Positions 28,552-38,598 of a DNA stretch of 39,313 nucleotides are shown one piece after another (position 1 is the first letter of the stretch; every line of letters starts with the position of its first letter). The translations under genes and the position numbers were made by a program. The notes below the pieces were generated by a model. The model did no database searches. It worked only from the letters and a program-made list of their open reading frames with translations, and had not been told where the DNA came from. This stretch comes from a virus, in UHGV virus genome UHGV-0145328; one strand, given 5' to 3'.

Positions 28552-29118
28552 ATGCTTATTGGCTATGTACGCGTGTCAACAAATGACCAGAACACCGATT
28601 TGCAACGTAATGCACTGAACTGCGCGGGATGTGAGCGGATTTTTGAGGACAAAATCAGTGGCACTAAGTCCGACAGACCGGGGCTTAAAAAACTGCTCAG
28701 GACACTATCGGCAGGTGACACACTGGTTGTCTGGAAGCTGGACAGGTTGGGGCGCAGTATGCGGCATCTTGTTACGCTGATAGAAGAGTTGCGCCAGCGC
28801 GGCGTGAATTTCCGAAGCCTGACTGACAGTATTGATACCAGTACCCCAATGGGCCGTTTCTTTTTTCATGTCATGGGTGCCCTGGCTGAAATGGAACGCG
28901 AACTGATAGTTGAACGTACCAGGGCAGGGCTGGCTGCAGCTCGTGCTAAAGGCAGAGTAGGTGGACGCCGTCCTAAGTTGACTACCGAACAGTGGGCACA
29001 GATTGGGCGTTTACTCGAGGCCGGAGAATCAAGACAGCGTATTGCACTGATTTTTGATGTAGGCGTTTCTACCATTTATAGAAAATTTCCGGCAAATAAG
29101 AGCAATGAATCTCCCTGA
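28552..29118 (+). CDS. Serine DNA invertase (Hin/Gin/Cin/Pin family)
   Basis: MLIGYVRVSTNDQNTDLQRNAL…TLVVWKLDRLGRS…GRFFFHVMGALAEMERELIVERT closely matches the Hin/Gin family; C-terminal HTH. Confidence 0.9.
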   Translation: MLIGYVRVSTNDQNTDLQRNALNCAGCERIFEDKISGTKSDRPGLKKLLRTLSAGDTLVVWKLDRLGRSMRHLVTLIEELRQRGVNFRSLTDSIDTSTPMGRFFFHVMGALAEMERELIVERTRAGLAAARAKGRVGGRRPKLTTEQWAQIGRLLEAGESRQRIALIFDVGVSTIYRKFPANKSNESP

Positions 29119-29166
29119 ATCAGCATTATTTTGATTATTCCTGCAAGCGGACAAATACCGTCATTT

Positions 29167-29184
29167 TGTGTGAATAACGGTACA
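29167..29184. promoter_or_regulatory. Late-promoter dyad TGT-N12-ACA upstream of FI
   Basis: TGTGTGAATAACGGTACA, sharing the TGTGTG…GGTACAA shape with the dyad at 15792. Confidence 0.55.
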
Positions 29185-29260
29185 ACTGCGCTTAGCTGTT
29201 TGTCGGACACAATCACTTCAACATAGGGCGAAGCCTAATCCAATCAGGAGGTTCGCCGCT

Positions 29261-30433
29261 ATGGCTCAGGATTACCACCACGGGGTGCGCGTTGTTGAAG
29301 TCAACGAAGGCACCCGATCCATTACCACGGTGAGCACCGCCATCGTGGGTATGGTCTGCACGGGCGATGATGCCGATGCAAAAATGTTTCCTCTTAATAA
29401 ACCCGTGCTGATCACTGATGTGCTGACTGCCAGCGGTAAAGCGGGTGAGTCCGGTACGCTGGCCCGTTCGCTGGACGCCATCGCTGACCAGGCAAAACCC
29501 GTGACCGTTGTTGTGCGTGTGCCGCAGGGTGAAACGGAAGAAGAAACCACGACCAATATCATCGGAGCAGTGACCGCTGAAGGTAAAAAAACAGGCATGA
29601 AAGCCTTGTTATCTGCCCAGTCACAGCTTGGCGTTAAACCGCGCATTCTCGGCGTGCCAGGCCACGACACCAAGGCGGTAGCTACTGAGTTGCTGAGCGT
29701 GGCGCAAAGCCTGCGTGGATTTGCTTACCTGTCAGCGTATGGCTGCAAGACGGTACAGGAGGCGATCACTTACCGTGAAAACTTCAGCCAGCGCGAAGGG
29801 ATGCTGATCTGGCCTGACTTTACTGGCTGGGACACGGTGCTGAATGCCGAAGCAACGGCATATGCCACCGCCCGTGCGCTTGGTCTGCGCGCCAAAATTG
29901 ACGAGCAGACCGGATGGCACAAAAGCCTGTCCAACGTGGGCGTGAACGGTGTCACCGGAATTTCTGCTGATGTGTTCTGGGATCTGCAGGACACGGCAAC
30001 AGATGCGGGACTGCTGAACCAGAACGACGTCACCACCCTTATCCGCAAAGACGGTTTCCGCTTCTGGGGTTCCCGCTGCCTGAGTGATGACCCGCTCTTT
30101 GCCTTCGAAAACTACACCCGCACGGCGCAAGTACTTATGGACACAATGGCAGAAGCGCATATGTGGGCGGTGGACAAACCGCTGAACCCGTCGTTGGCCC
30201 GCGACATTATCGAAGGTATCCGCGCCAAAATGCGCAGCCTGGTCAGTCAGGGCTATCTCATTGGTGGTGATTGCTGGCTGGATGAGTCGGTGAACGACAA
30301 AGATACTCTGAAAGCCGGGAAGCTCACCATCGACTACGACTACACGCCAGTGCCGCCACTTGAAAATCTGATGCTGCGTCAGCGCATCACCGATCAGTAC
30401 CTGGTGAATTTCTCCAGCCAGGTCAGCGCGTAA
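29261..30433 (+). CDS. FI: Contractile tail sheath protein (P2 FI-like)
   Basis: 390 aa; synteny FI-FII-E-T-U-D. Confidence 0.85.
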   Translation: MAQDYHHGVRVVEVNEGTRSITTVSTAIVGMVCTGDDADAKMFPLNKPVLITDVLTASGKAGESGTLARSLDAIADQAKPVTVVVRVPQGETEEETTTNIIGAVTAEGKKTGMKALLSAQSQLGVKPRILGVPGHDTKAVATELLSVAQSLRGFAYLSAYGCKTVQEAITYRENFSQREGMLIWPDFTGWDTVLNAEATAYATARALGLRAKIDEQTGWHKSLSNVGVNGVTGISADVFWDLQDTATDAGLLNQNDVTTLIRKDGFRFWGSRCLSDDPLFAFENYTRTAQVLMDTMAEAHMWAVDKPLNPSLARDIIEGIRAKMRSLVSQGYLIGGDCWLDESVNDKDTLKAGKLTIDYDYTPVPPLENLMLRQRITDQYLVNFSSQVSA

Positions 30434-30442
30434 GGGGACAAC

Positions 30443-30958
30443 ATGGCTTTACCACGCAAATTAAAACACCTGAACCTGTTTAACGACGGGAACAACTGGC
30501 AGGGGATCGTTGAGTCGCTGACGCTGCCGAAATTCACCCGCAAATATGAGAAGTATCGCGGCGGCGGAATGCCGGGGGCGGTGGATGTGGATCTGGGGCT
30601 TGATGACAGTGCTCTGGACACAGAATTTTCCATTGGTGGTACTGAGCTGCTGCTGTTTAAGCAGATGGGCAAAGCCACGGTGGATGGCATCCAGTTGCGC
30701 TTTACCGGCTCTATCCAGCGTGATGATACCGGGGAAGTGCAGGCCGTGGAGCTTGTGGTGCGTGGACGTCACAAAGAAGTGGATTCCGGCGAGTGGAAGA
30801 CGGGCGAAAGCAACACCACTAAAGTGACCAGTACCAACAGCTACGCGAAGCTGACTATCAATGGTGAGGTGCTCTATGAAGTGGACCTTATCAACATGGT
30901 GGAAATTGTGGACGGTGTGGACCTGATGGAAGCGCACCGCAACGCCCTCGGCCTCTGA
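30443..30958 (+). CDS. FII: Tail tube protein (P2 FII-like)
   Basis: 171 aa directly after the sheath gene. Confidence 0.85.
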   Translation: MALPRKLKHLNLFNDGNNWQGIVESLTLPKFTRKYEKYRGGGMPGAVDVDLGLDDSALDTEFSIGGTELLLFKQMGKATVDGIQLRFTGSIQRDDTGEVQAVELVVRGRHKEVDSGEWKTGESNTTKVTSTNSYAKLTINGEVLYEVDLINMVEIVDGVDLMEAHRNALGL

Positions 30959-31012
30959 TGTATCTGAACGGCGCGGAATGCCGCGCCAGAACCTAATTTA
31001 CAGGACAGCAAA

Positions 31013-31315
31013 ATGAGCGATAAGCAGACTGAAAAGACCATTCAACTGGATACCCCCATCATGCGTGGTAAAACTGAAATCACCGAAATTGTGCTGCGTA
31101 AACCGCAGTCCGGTGCGCTGCGCGGTACACGCCTGCAGGCCATTATGGATATGGATGTGAACGCGATGATGACCGTGATCCCCCGCATCTCCAGTCCGGC
31201 ACTGACTGCACAGGAAATTGCAGAGATGGACCCGGCAGATCTCACTGCCATGTCGGTTGAGGTTGTCACTTTTTTGTTGAAGAAGTCGGTGCTTGCCGGT
31301 TTACCGACAGCCTGA
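31013..31315 (+). CDS. E: Tail assembly chaperone E (P2 gpE-like)
   Basis: 100-aa ORF upstream of the tape measure gene containing a TTTTTTG slippery site. Confidence 0.8.
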   Translation: MSDKQTEKTIQLDTPIMRGKTEITEIVLRKPQSGALRGTRLQAIMDMDVNAMMTVIPRISSPALTAQEIAEMDPADLTAMSVEVVTFLLKKSVLAGLPTA

Positions 31316-31449
31316 CGGTTGACGATCTGGTGGCTGATATCGCCACCATCTTTCACTGGCCGCCATCCGTTACTGACGTTATGCCGCTGACCGAAGTGCT
31401 GGAATGGCGGTATAAAGCGATTCAGAGAAGCGGGGCCAACGATGAGTGA
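31013..31449 (+). CDS. Tail assembly chaperone E+E-prime (programmed -1 frameshift product)
   Basis: A -1 shift at TTTTTTG (31270..31276) continues in an open frame (…FFVEEVGACRFTDSLTVDDLVADIATIFHWPP…RSGANDE) ending at 31449, overlapping the T start. Confidence 0.65.
31270..31276 (+). other. Slippery heptamer TTTTTTG for the E/E-prime -1 frameshift
   Basis: T6G run inside E with a long open -1 frame downstream. Confidence 0.65.
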
Positions 31450-34400
31450 TAATAACCTGCGCCTGCAGGTCATTCTTAATGCGGTTGACAAACTCACCCG
31501 CCCATTCCGTGCTGCACAGGCCAGTTCGAAAGCGCTGGCTGGCGCAATTCAGAATACCCGAAACAGCCTCAAAGAACTGAATAAGCAGGTCGGCAGAATT
31601 GATGAATTTCGCAAGACGCGCTCGCAACTAGCCATAACAGCCAACAACCTGAACGCAGCCCGCGAAGAGGCGGCAAAACTCGCCACACAATTTGCTGCCA
31701 CTAACAGACCAACCGCCGCGCAGGCAAAGTTATTCAGTCAGGCCAAAACACGAGTACAGGAACTTCAGCAGACCTATAACGGCTTGTTGGGGGCGGTCCA
31801 GAGACAACGTCAGGCACTTAAAGAATCAGGGATTGACACCAGACAACTCAGTAGTGCCCAGCGAGAACTTAAGAAAAATGCTGAAGAAACAAGGCAGGCA
31901 CTGGAGGGCCAGCAAAAAGCACTTAAACGTCTGGGTGAACAACAGGCACGGATGAACGCTGCCAGAGAACAATACTCAAGACGGCTTGAAGTGCGCGATC
32001 GCATCGCAGGAGCCGGAGCCACTACCACGGCTGCAGGGCTGGCAATGGGTGCGCCAGTGATGGCGGCAGTAAAAAGCTATACCAGCATGGAAGATGCCAT
32101 GAAAGGTGTGGCAAAGCAGGTCAATGGTCTGCGTGACGATAATGGCAACCGCACTGCACGTTTTTATGAAATGCAGGATGCCATCAAGGCTGCCAGCGAA
32201 CAGTTGCCGATGGAAAACGGTGCGGTGGACTTCGCTGCACTGGTTGAAGGTGGTGCGCGCATGAACGTCGCAAACCCTGACGACAGCTGGGAAGACCAGA
32301 AACGTGACCTGCTGGCCTTCGCCAGTACGGCAGCAAAGGCAGCAACAGCCTTTGAGCTGCCAGCGGATGAACTGTCAGAAAGTCTGGGGAAAATCGCCCA
32401 GCTCTACAAAATACCTACCCGCAATATTGAACAGCTCGGCGATGCGCTGAACTATCTGGATGATAACGCCATGTCGAAAGGGGCGGACATCATTGATGTG
32501 ATGCAACGTCTGGGCGGTGTGGCTGACCGTCTGGATTATCGTAAAGCGGCGGCGCTGGGTTCCACCTTCCTGACACTGGGCGCTGCGCCGGAGGTTGCAG
32601 CCAGTGCAGCAAACGCGATGGTGCGTGAATTGTCCATTGCCACCATGCAAAGCAAGAGTTTCTTTGAAGGGATGAATCTGCTGAAACTCAATCCTGAAGT
32701 GATTGAAAAGCAGATGACGAAGGATGCGATGGGAACTATCCAGCGCGTACTGGAGAAGGTGAACGCACTGCCGCAGGATAAACGTCTGTCTGCCATGACC
32801 ATGTTGTTTGGTAAAGAGTTTGGCGATGACGCGGCGAAACTGGCAAACAACCTGCCGGAACTGCAGCGCCAGCTAAAGCTGACAGCGGGCAATGATGCGC
32901 TCGGCTCCATGCAGAAAGAATCCGACATTAACAAGGACTCACTTTCTGCGCAGTGGTTGCTGGTCAAAACCGGAGCGCAGAACACCTTCAGCAGCCTGGG
33001 CGAAACGCTGCGCCAGCCGCTGATGGATATTCTGTACACGGTGAAAAACATCACGGGGGCGTTGCGCCGCTGGGTGGAAGCTAACCCGGAACTGACAGGC
33101 ACACTGATGAAAGTAGCCGCTGTGGTGGCTGCGGTTACCGTAGGCCTCGGCACCTTAGCGGTGGCGCTGGCTGCAGTGCTGGGGCCGCTGGCAGTGATCC
33201 GTCTGGGATTCTCTGTGCTGGGTATCAAAACGTTACCTTCCGTTACGGCAGCAGTAACTCGAACCAGCAGCGCGTTGTCCTGGCTGGCTGGCGCACCACT
33301 GGCACTGCTGCGACGCGGGCTTGCTTCATCGGGCAACGCCGCAGGTTTACTTACTGCGCTGTTGTCGTCTTTGCGCCGCACGGCATCACTGACGGGAAAT
33401 GTCCTGAAAACTGTAGCAGGTGCGCCGGTTGCACTTTTGCGGTCTGGATTATCCGGTTTACGTGCTGTTGCTGTGATGTTTATGAATCCTTTGGCGGTAC
33501 TGCGCGGTGGACTGGTCGCCGCAGGCACGGTGCTGCGAGTACTGGCATCTGGTCCACTGGCGATGCTGCGCGTTGCCCTGTATGCCGTATCTGGTCTGTT
33601 AGGTGCTCTGCTCAGTCCGATAGGTCTTGTGGTTACTGCACTGGCGGGCGTGGCGCTGGTTGTCTGGAAATACTGGCAACCCATCACCGCATTTCTTGGT
33701 GGCGTGGTGGAAGGATTCAAAGCGGCGGCAGGTCCCGTCAGTGCAGCATTCGAACCGCTTAAGCCCGTGTTCCAGTGGATTGGCGACAAAGTACAGGCGC
33801 TGTGGGGCTGGTTTACTGATCTGCTGACGCCCGTTAAGTCGACCTCTGCCGAACTGCAGAGTGCAGCGGCAATGGGGCGGCGATTCGGAGAGGCACTGGC
33901 GGAAGGGCTGAATATGGTCATGCATCCGCTGGACTCCCTGAAATCCGGCGTTTCCTGGTTGCTGGAGAAACTTGGCATTGTCAGTAAAGAGGCCGCAAAG
34001 GCAAAACTGCCGGAAAGCGTGACGCGTCAGCAACCTACGACGGTGAATGCAGACGGTAAAGTGATGATGCCATCGGGTGGTTTTCCATCATGGGGATATG
34101 GCTTTGCGGGGATGTATGACAGCGGCGGGTATATCCCGCGCGGGCAGTTTGGCATCGTCGGTGAAAACGGGCCGGAAATTGTTAACGGCCCGGCAAATGT
34201 GACCAGCCGGAGAAATACCGCTGCACTGGCTGCCGTTGTTGCCGGAATGATGGGCGTTGCTGCCGCGCCTGCAGAGCTTCCACCGTTGCACCCTTTGGCA
34301 CTTCCCGCGAAAGGCGGCGAAGCGATGGTGAGTCGTGCAGCCACTGTGCCGCCCGTTCAACGGATTGAGGCACCGATGCAGATCATCATTCAGACGCAGC

Positions 34401-34519
34401 CAGGACAAAGTGCGCAGGATATTGCGCGGGAGGTAGCCCGCCAGCTTGATGAACGTGAACGCAGGCTGAAAGCAAAAGCCAGGAGTAACTACAGCGATCA
34501 GGGGGGATACGACGCATGA
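31442..34519 (+). CDS. T: Tail tape measure protein (P2 gpT-like)
   Basis: 1025 aa, coiled-coil N-terminal half and Ala/Gly/Leu-rich hydrophobic repeats. Confidence 0.85.
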   Translation: MSDNNLRLQVILNAVDKLTRPFRAAQASSKALAGAIQNTRNSLKELNKQVGRIDEFRKTRSQLAITANNLNAAREEAAKLATQFAATNRPTAAQAKLFSQAKTRVQELQQTYNGLLGAVQRQRQALKESGIDTRQLSSAQRELKKNAEETRQALEGQQKALKRLGEQQARMNAAREQYSRRLEVRDRIAGAGATTTAAGLAMGAPVMAAVKSYTSMEDAMKGVAKQVNGLRDDNGNRTARFYEMQDAIKAASEQLPMENGAVDFAALVEGGARMNVANPDDSWEDQKRDLLAFASTAAKAATAFELPADELSESLGKIAQLYKIPTRNIEQLGDALNYLDDNAMSKGADIIDVMQRLGGVADRLDYRKAAALGSTFLTLGAAPEVAASAANAMVRELSIATMQSKSFFEGMNLLKLNPEVIEKQMTKDAMGTIQRVLEKVNALPQDKRLSAMTMLFGKEFGDDAAKLANNLPELQRQLKLTAGNDALGSMQKESDINKDSLSAQWLLVKTGAQNTFSSLGETLRQPLMDILYTVKNITGALRRWVEANPELTGTLMKVAAVVAAVTVGLGTLAVALAAVLGPLAVIRLGFSVLGIKTLPSVTAAVTRTSSALSWLAGAPLALLRRGLASSGNAAGLLTALLSSLRRTASLTGNVLKTVAGAPVALLRSGLSGLRAVAVMFMNPLAVLRGGLVAAGTVLRVLASGPLAMLRVALYAVSGLLGALLSPIGLVVTALAGVALVVWKYWQPITAFLGGVVEGFKAAAGPVSAAFEPLKPVFQWIGDKVQALWGWFTDLLTPVKSTSAELQSAAAMGRRFGEALAEGLNMVMHPLDSLKSGVSWLLEKLGIVSKEAAKAKLPESVTRQQPTTVNADGKVMMPSGGFPSWGYGFAGMYDSGGYIPRGQFGIVGENGPEIVNGPANVTSRRNTAALAAVVAGMMGVAAAPAELPPLHPLALPAKGGEAMVSRAATVPPVQRIEAPMQIIIQTQPGQSAQDIAREVARQLDERERRLKAKARSNYSDQGGYDA

Positions 34520-35001
34520 TGATGGTGCTGGGATTGTACGTGTTTATGCTGCGCACCGTGCCGTATCAGGAGCTGCAGTATCAACGCAGTTGGCGACATG
34601 CGGCAAACAGCCGGGTAAACCGACGTCCGTCCACGCAGTTTCTGGGACCGGACAACGACATGCTGACGCTTTCCGGTGTTCTTATGCCGGAGATAACAGG
34701 TGGCAGGCTGTCGTTGCTGGCACTGGAGCAGATGGCAGAACAGGGGAAAGCATGGCCCCTGATTGAAGGCAGCGGCACGATTTATGGCATGTATGTGATT
34801 GAGGGACTGAATCAGACTAAAACGGAGTTTTTCCGCGACGGTATGCCGCGCCGGATTGAGTTCACCCTGTCGCTCAAACGGGTGGATGAATCCCTGTCCG
34901 ATATGTTCGGTGATCTCAGTGCGCAACTGAATAATCTGCAGGAAACGGCAACGTCTGCCTTAAGCGATATCAGTAAAACGGTGGGAGGGCTGCTGTCGTG
35001 A
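34516..35001 (+). CDS. U: Tail protein U (P2 gpU-like)
   Basis: 161 aa; synteny. Confidence 0.8.
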   Translation: MMMVLGLYVFMLRTVPYQELQYQRSWRHAANSRVNRRPSTQFLGPDNDMLTLSGVLMPEITGGRLSLLALEQMAEQGKAWPLIEGSGTIYGMYVIEGLNQTKTEFFRDGMPRRIEFTLSLKRVDESLSDMFGDLSAQLNNLQETATSALSDISKTVGGLLS

Positions 35002-36098
35002 ATTTCAGCTCTGAACTGCTTAACAAAGGCAACAAAACTCCCGCATTCAGCATCAGTATTGAGGGCAGGGATATCACCACTGTGCTGGATAACCGCCTGA
35101 TGAGTTTGACGCTGACGGATAACCGGGGCTTTGAAGCGGACCAGCTTGATCTGGAGCTGGATGACGCTGACGGAAAAATCGTGCTGCCGCGCCGTGGTGC
35201 GGTCATTACGCTGGCGCTGGGCTGGAAGGGGCAGCCGCTTTTCCCTAAAGGGGCATTCACAGTGGACGAGATTGAACACACTGGCGCACCGGACCGCCTG
35301 ACTATCCGGGCGCGAAGTGCTGATTTTCGGGAAACGCTGAATACCCGCCGTGAAAAATCGTGGCATAAGACCACCGTCGGGGAAGTGGTGAAGGAAATAG
35401 CCGCGCGGCACAAGCTGAAGATGGCACTGGGTAAAGACCTGTCGGATAAGCCCGTGGAGCATATAGACCAGACTAATGAGAGTGACGGCAGTTTTCTGAT
35501 GCGGCTGGCGAGACAGTACGGTGCCATCGCGTCGGTGAAAAATGGCAATCTGTTATTCATCCGGCAGGGGCAGAGCAAAAGCGCCAGCGGTAAACCACTA
35601 CCGGTTATCACTATCACACGCAAGGACGGCGACAGTCACCGCTTTACCCTGGCAGATCGCGGAGCCTACACGGGCGTAATTGCCAGCTGGTTGCATACCC
35701 GCGAACCCGAGAAGAAAGAAAGCACCACGGTGAAGCGTAAGCGCAGGACTAAGAAGCAGAAGAAAGAGCCGGAAGCGAAGCAGGGCGATTACCTGGTGGG
35801 TACGGATGAAAACGTGCTGGTACTTAATCGCACTTATGCCAACCGGAGCAACGCCGAACGAGCGGCGAAAATGCAGTGGGAACGCCTGCAACGCGGCGTT
35901 GCGTCATTCTCGCTACAACTGGCAGAAGGTCGGGCAGATCTCTACACGGAAATGCCTGTGAAGGTCAGTGGCTTTAAACAGCCGATAGATGATGCGGAAT
36001 GGACCATTACCACCCTGACGCATACTGTCAGCCCGGATAACGGTTTTACGACCAGTCTGGAGCTTGAAGTGAAGATTGATGATTTCGAAATTGAATGA
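34998..36098 (+). CDS. D: Tail protein D (P2 gpD-like)
   Basis: 366 aa; synteny before ogr. Confidence 0.8.
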   Translation: MNFSSELLNKGNKTPAFSISIEGRDITTVLDNRLMSLTLTDNRGFEADQLDLELDDADGKIVLPRRGAVITLALGWKGQPLFPKGAFTVDEIEHTGAPDRLTIRARSADFRETLNTRREKSWHKTTVGEVVKEIAARHKLKMALGKDLSDKPVEHIDQTNESDGSFLMRLARQYGAIASVKNGNLLFIRQGQSKSASGKPLPVITITRKDGDSHRFTLADRGAYTGVIASWLHTREPEKKESTTVKRKRRTKKQKKEPEAKQGDYLVGTDENVLVLNRTYANRSNAERAAKMQWERLQRGVASFSLQLAEGRADLYTEMPVKVSGFKQPIDDAEWTITTLTHTVSPDNGFTTSLELEVKIDDFEIE

Positions 36099-36188
36099 TT
36101 CTTCGCAATGGAGAACTTTTAAGTTTTCAAAATGGAATAATGCGGTATCATTATTGTGAATTTAGCAAAAATGGGGAGAACTCGAAAA

Positions 36189-36407
36189 ATGATGATTTGC
36201 CCACTGTGTGGAAGTGCCGCCCATACTCGCAGCAGTTTTCAGGTATCTTCATTGACCAAAGAGCGTTACAACCAGTGCCAGAACATTAACTGCAGCCATA
36301 CTTTTGTTACCCATGAAACTTTTGTTCGTTCGATTGCAACGCCAAAAGAGTCAAATCCGGTTCAGCCGCATCCAATGAAATCAGGACAGGTGGCGCTCTC
36401 TCTTTGA
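36189..36407 (+). CDS. ogr: Late-gene transcription activator Ogr (zinc-finger)
   Basis: 72 aa from MMICPLCGSAAHTRSS…CQNINCSHTF, a four-Cys zinc finger; last gene before attR as in P2. Confidence 0.85.
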   Translation: MMICPLCGSAAHTRSSFQVSSLTKERYNQCQNINCSHTFVTHETFVRSIATPKESNPVQPHPMKSGQVALSL

Positions 36408-36471
36408 CTCTGCCGCCAATTTGTCGCCATCGTTAAAAAACACTGCTTCTAACATCATGATTTTAAAAGGC

Positions 36472-36498
36472 ATAAATTTCAGGCAACAAAAAACCCAT
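36472..36498. repeat. attR core (27-bp direct repeat)
   Basis: Identical to 590..616. Confidence 0.85.
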
Positions 36499-36643
36499 CA
36501 ACCTTGAACCGAAATGGCGGGGTTGATGGGCTCCACAAAATGGGGACATCAAAGAAAAGCAGTGGCACTAATTAAGACTGATGCCCTGCGGAAAAGTTCT
36601 GCGGTTGTGCAAAAAAAATTTCATTTTCAGGGCAACTTCAGTT

Positions 36644-38329
36644 TTATCCTAATCCTGGCCATACCATGACGATGATTGTCCCTGCCAGCGTCAGCAGGAC
36701 GTTGGCGATTGCATAGGTGCCCGCATAGCCCAGCGCCGGGATGTTACTGCGAGCTGTATCACTGATGATCTCCATTGCCGGCGCGCAGGTGCGTGCGCCC
36801 ATCATTGCGCCGAATAACAGTGCGCGGTTCATTCGCAATACATAAGCACCGAACAAGAAACAGATAACCACTGGCACAAGACTGACAATCAATCCGGCAA
36901 TCAACATCTGACCGCCAATCGCGCCCAGGCCGTTATTAATACCGCTACCGGCGCTCAGACCAACGCCTGCCATAAACACCATTAAGCCGAACTCTTTCAC
37001 CATGCTTAATGCACCCTGCGGAATGTAACCGAAGGTCGGGTGGTTAGCGCGCATAAATCCCAGCATAATTCCGGCGAATAACAACCCGGCAGCGTTCCCC
37101 ATGCCGAAACTGAATGTGCTGAACTGGAAGGTGATCATCCCGATCATCAGCCCAATAACAAAGAAGGCGCAGAATGCCAGCAAGTCAGTGACCTGGCTGT
37201 GAATCGAGATAAAGCCGATGCGATCGGCGATGGTTTTTACGCGACGGGCATCGCCGCTGACTTGTAAAACGTCACCTTTGTTAAGCACGACGTTGTCATC
37301 TATCGGCATCTCAATCTGGCTACGAATGACGCGGTTAAGGAAGCAACCGTGATCGGTCAACTTCAGTTGTGCGAGACGTTTGCCCACGGCGTTATGGTTT
37401 TTAACGACCACTTCTTCAGTGACGATACGCATGTCGAGAAGGTCACGATCGAAAACTTCTTTGCCGTTACGGAAGCTGGGATCGAGTCGGGCGTGGGCGT
37501 CGGGATAGCCTACCAACGCTATTTCATCTCCCATTTGTAGCACAGCATCACCGTCTGGATTCGCCAGAATCCCGTTACGTCGAATACGTTCAATGTAGCA
37601 GCCGGTTTGTCGATAAATACCCAGTTCACGCAGATTTTTGCCGTCGGTCCAGGCCACCAGCTCCGGGCCGACGCGGTAGGCGCGGATCACCGGTAAATAA
37701 ACCTTACGGTTGGCATCAGTGTCCAGGCCACGTTCGCGGGCGATTTGCTGGGCGCTGGTCTGTAAGTCCTGATGCTGCAATTTCGGCAAGTAACGCGCAC
37801 CAACAATCAAACTCACCAGACCGATTAAATAGGTTAAGGCATACCCGAGGCTCAGATTATCCAGTGCCAGTGAGAGCTGCCTGCTTTCCATGCCGGAATG
37901 ACGCAGTGTATCGCCAGCACCGACCAGAACCGGTGTCGACGTCATAGAGCCAGCTAACATACCGGCCGTCAGGCCAATATCCCAGCCAAACAGCTTACCT
38001 AACCCTAAGGCGATCACCAGCGCACTGCCAACCATCACCAGTGCTAACATTAGGTAATTTTTCCCATCGCGAAAAAAAATGGAAAAAAAGTTCGGTCCGG
38101 CTTCGACCCCGACGCAGAAAATAAACAGCATAAAGCCAAGATTAAGCGCGTCGGTGTTAATGCTGAAATGTTGTTGGCCTAATAACAGCGATACGACTAA
38201 AACGCCAATGGAATTACCCAGTTGGATCGAACCAAGTCGTAATTTCCCGAGACATAGCCCAAGCGCGAGGACCACAAATAATAACAGAATGTAATTCCCA
38301 TTTAACAATTCGGCGACGTTTATATTCAC
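36644..38329 (-). CDS. ybjL: Putative transport protein YbjL (AAE-family transporter with TrkA-C domains)
   Basis: 561-aa polytopic membrane protein; sequence and the ybjL-ybjM-grxA neighbourhood match E. coli. Confidence 0.9.
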
Positions 38330-38598
38330 GGAGGCTAACTTCTTGTTTACTAGTAAGCTGTTGAAAGAAATGGTAATTTACGATAATGTTTTTTACCAGA
38401 ATTCAGGGCGCAGATTCATTCAGCGCACCTAAACGATAGTAAAGTAACAATATATTTTACTAGTGTAATCACATTAGGTATCAACGGCTATATGAATTGC
38501 GTTGGCCTATATTAGCATGGAATGCGAAGCGGCTTTATCTTACTGAACGCCACACTGGCGAAAAATGTGTTCGATAGACGCAGTGTCAGGAGGAACGA

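Larger units (their letters stand above)
590..36498. mobile_element. P2-family (186-like) temperate prophage, apparently complete
   Basis: Bounded by 27-bp direct repeats; contains int, cI/apl/cII, A, Q-P-O-N-M-L-X, lysis cassette, R-S-V-W-J-I-H-G, FI-FII-E-T-U-D and ogr in P2 order. Confidence 0.9.

Noticed and set aside
32536-33978. 480-aa antisense ORF inside the tape measure gene
   Set aside because: Fully contained antisense to the 1025-aa T gene; Ser/Ala/Pro/Thr/Arg-rich composition typical of a GC-rich antisense frame; no RBS or start context.
36493-36530. Inverted repeat CCCATCAACC…GGTTGATGGG right after attR, considered as a phage feature
   Set aside because: It lies outside the att core on the host side and is more simply the native rcdA terminator; not a phage element.
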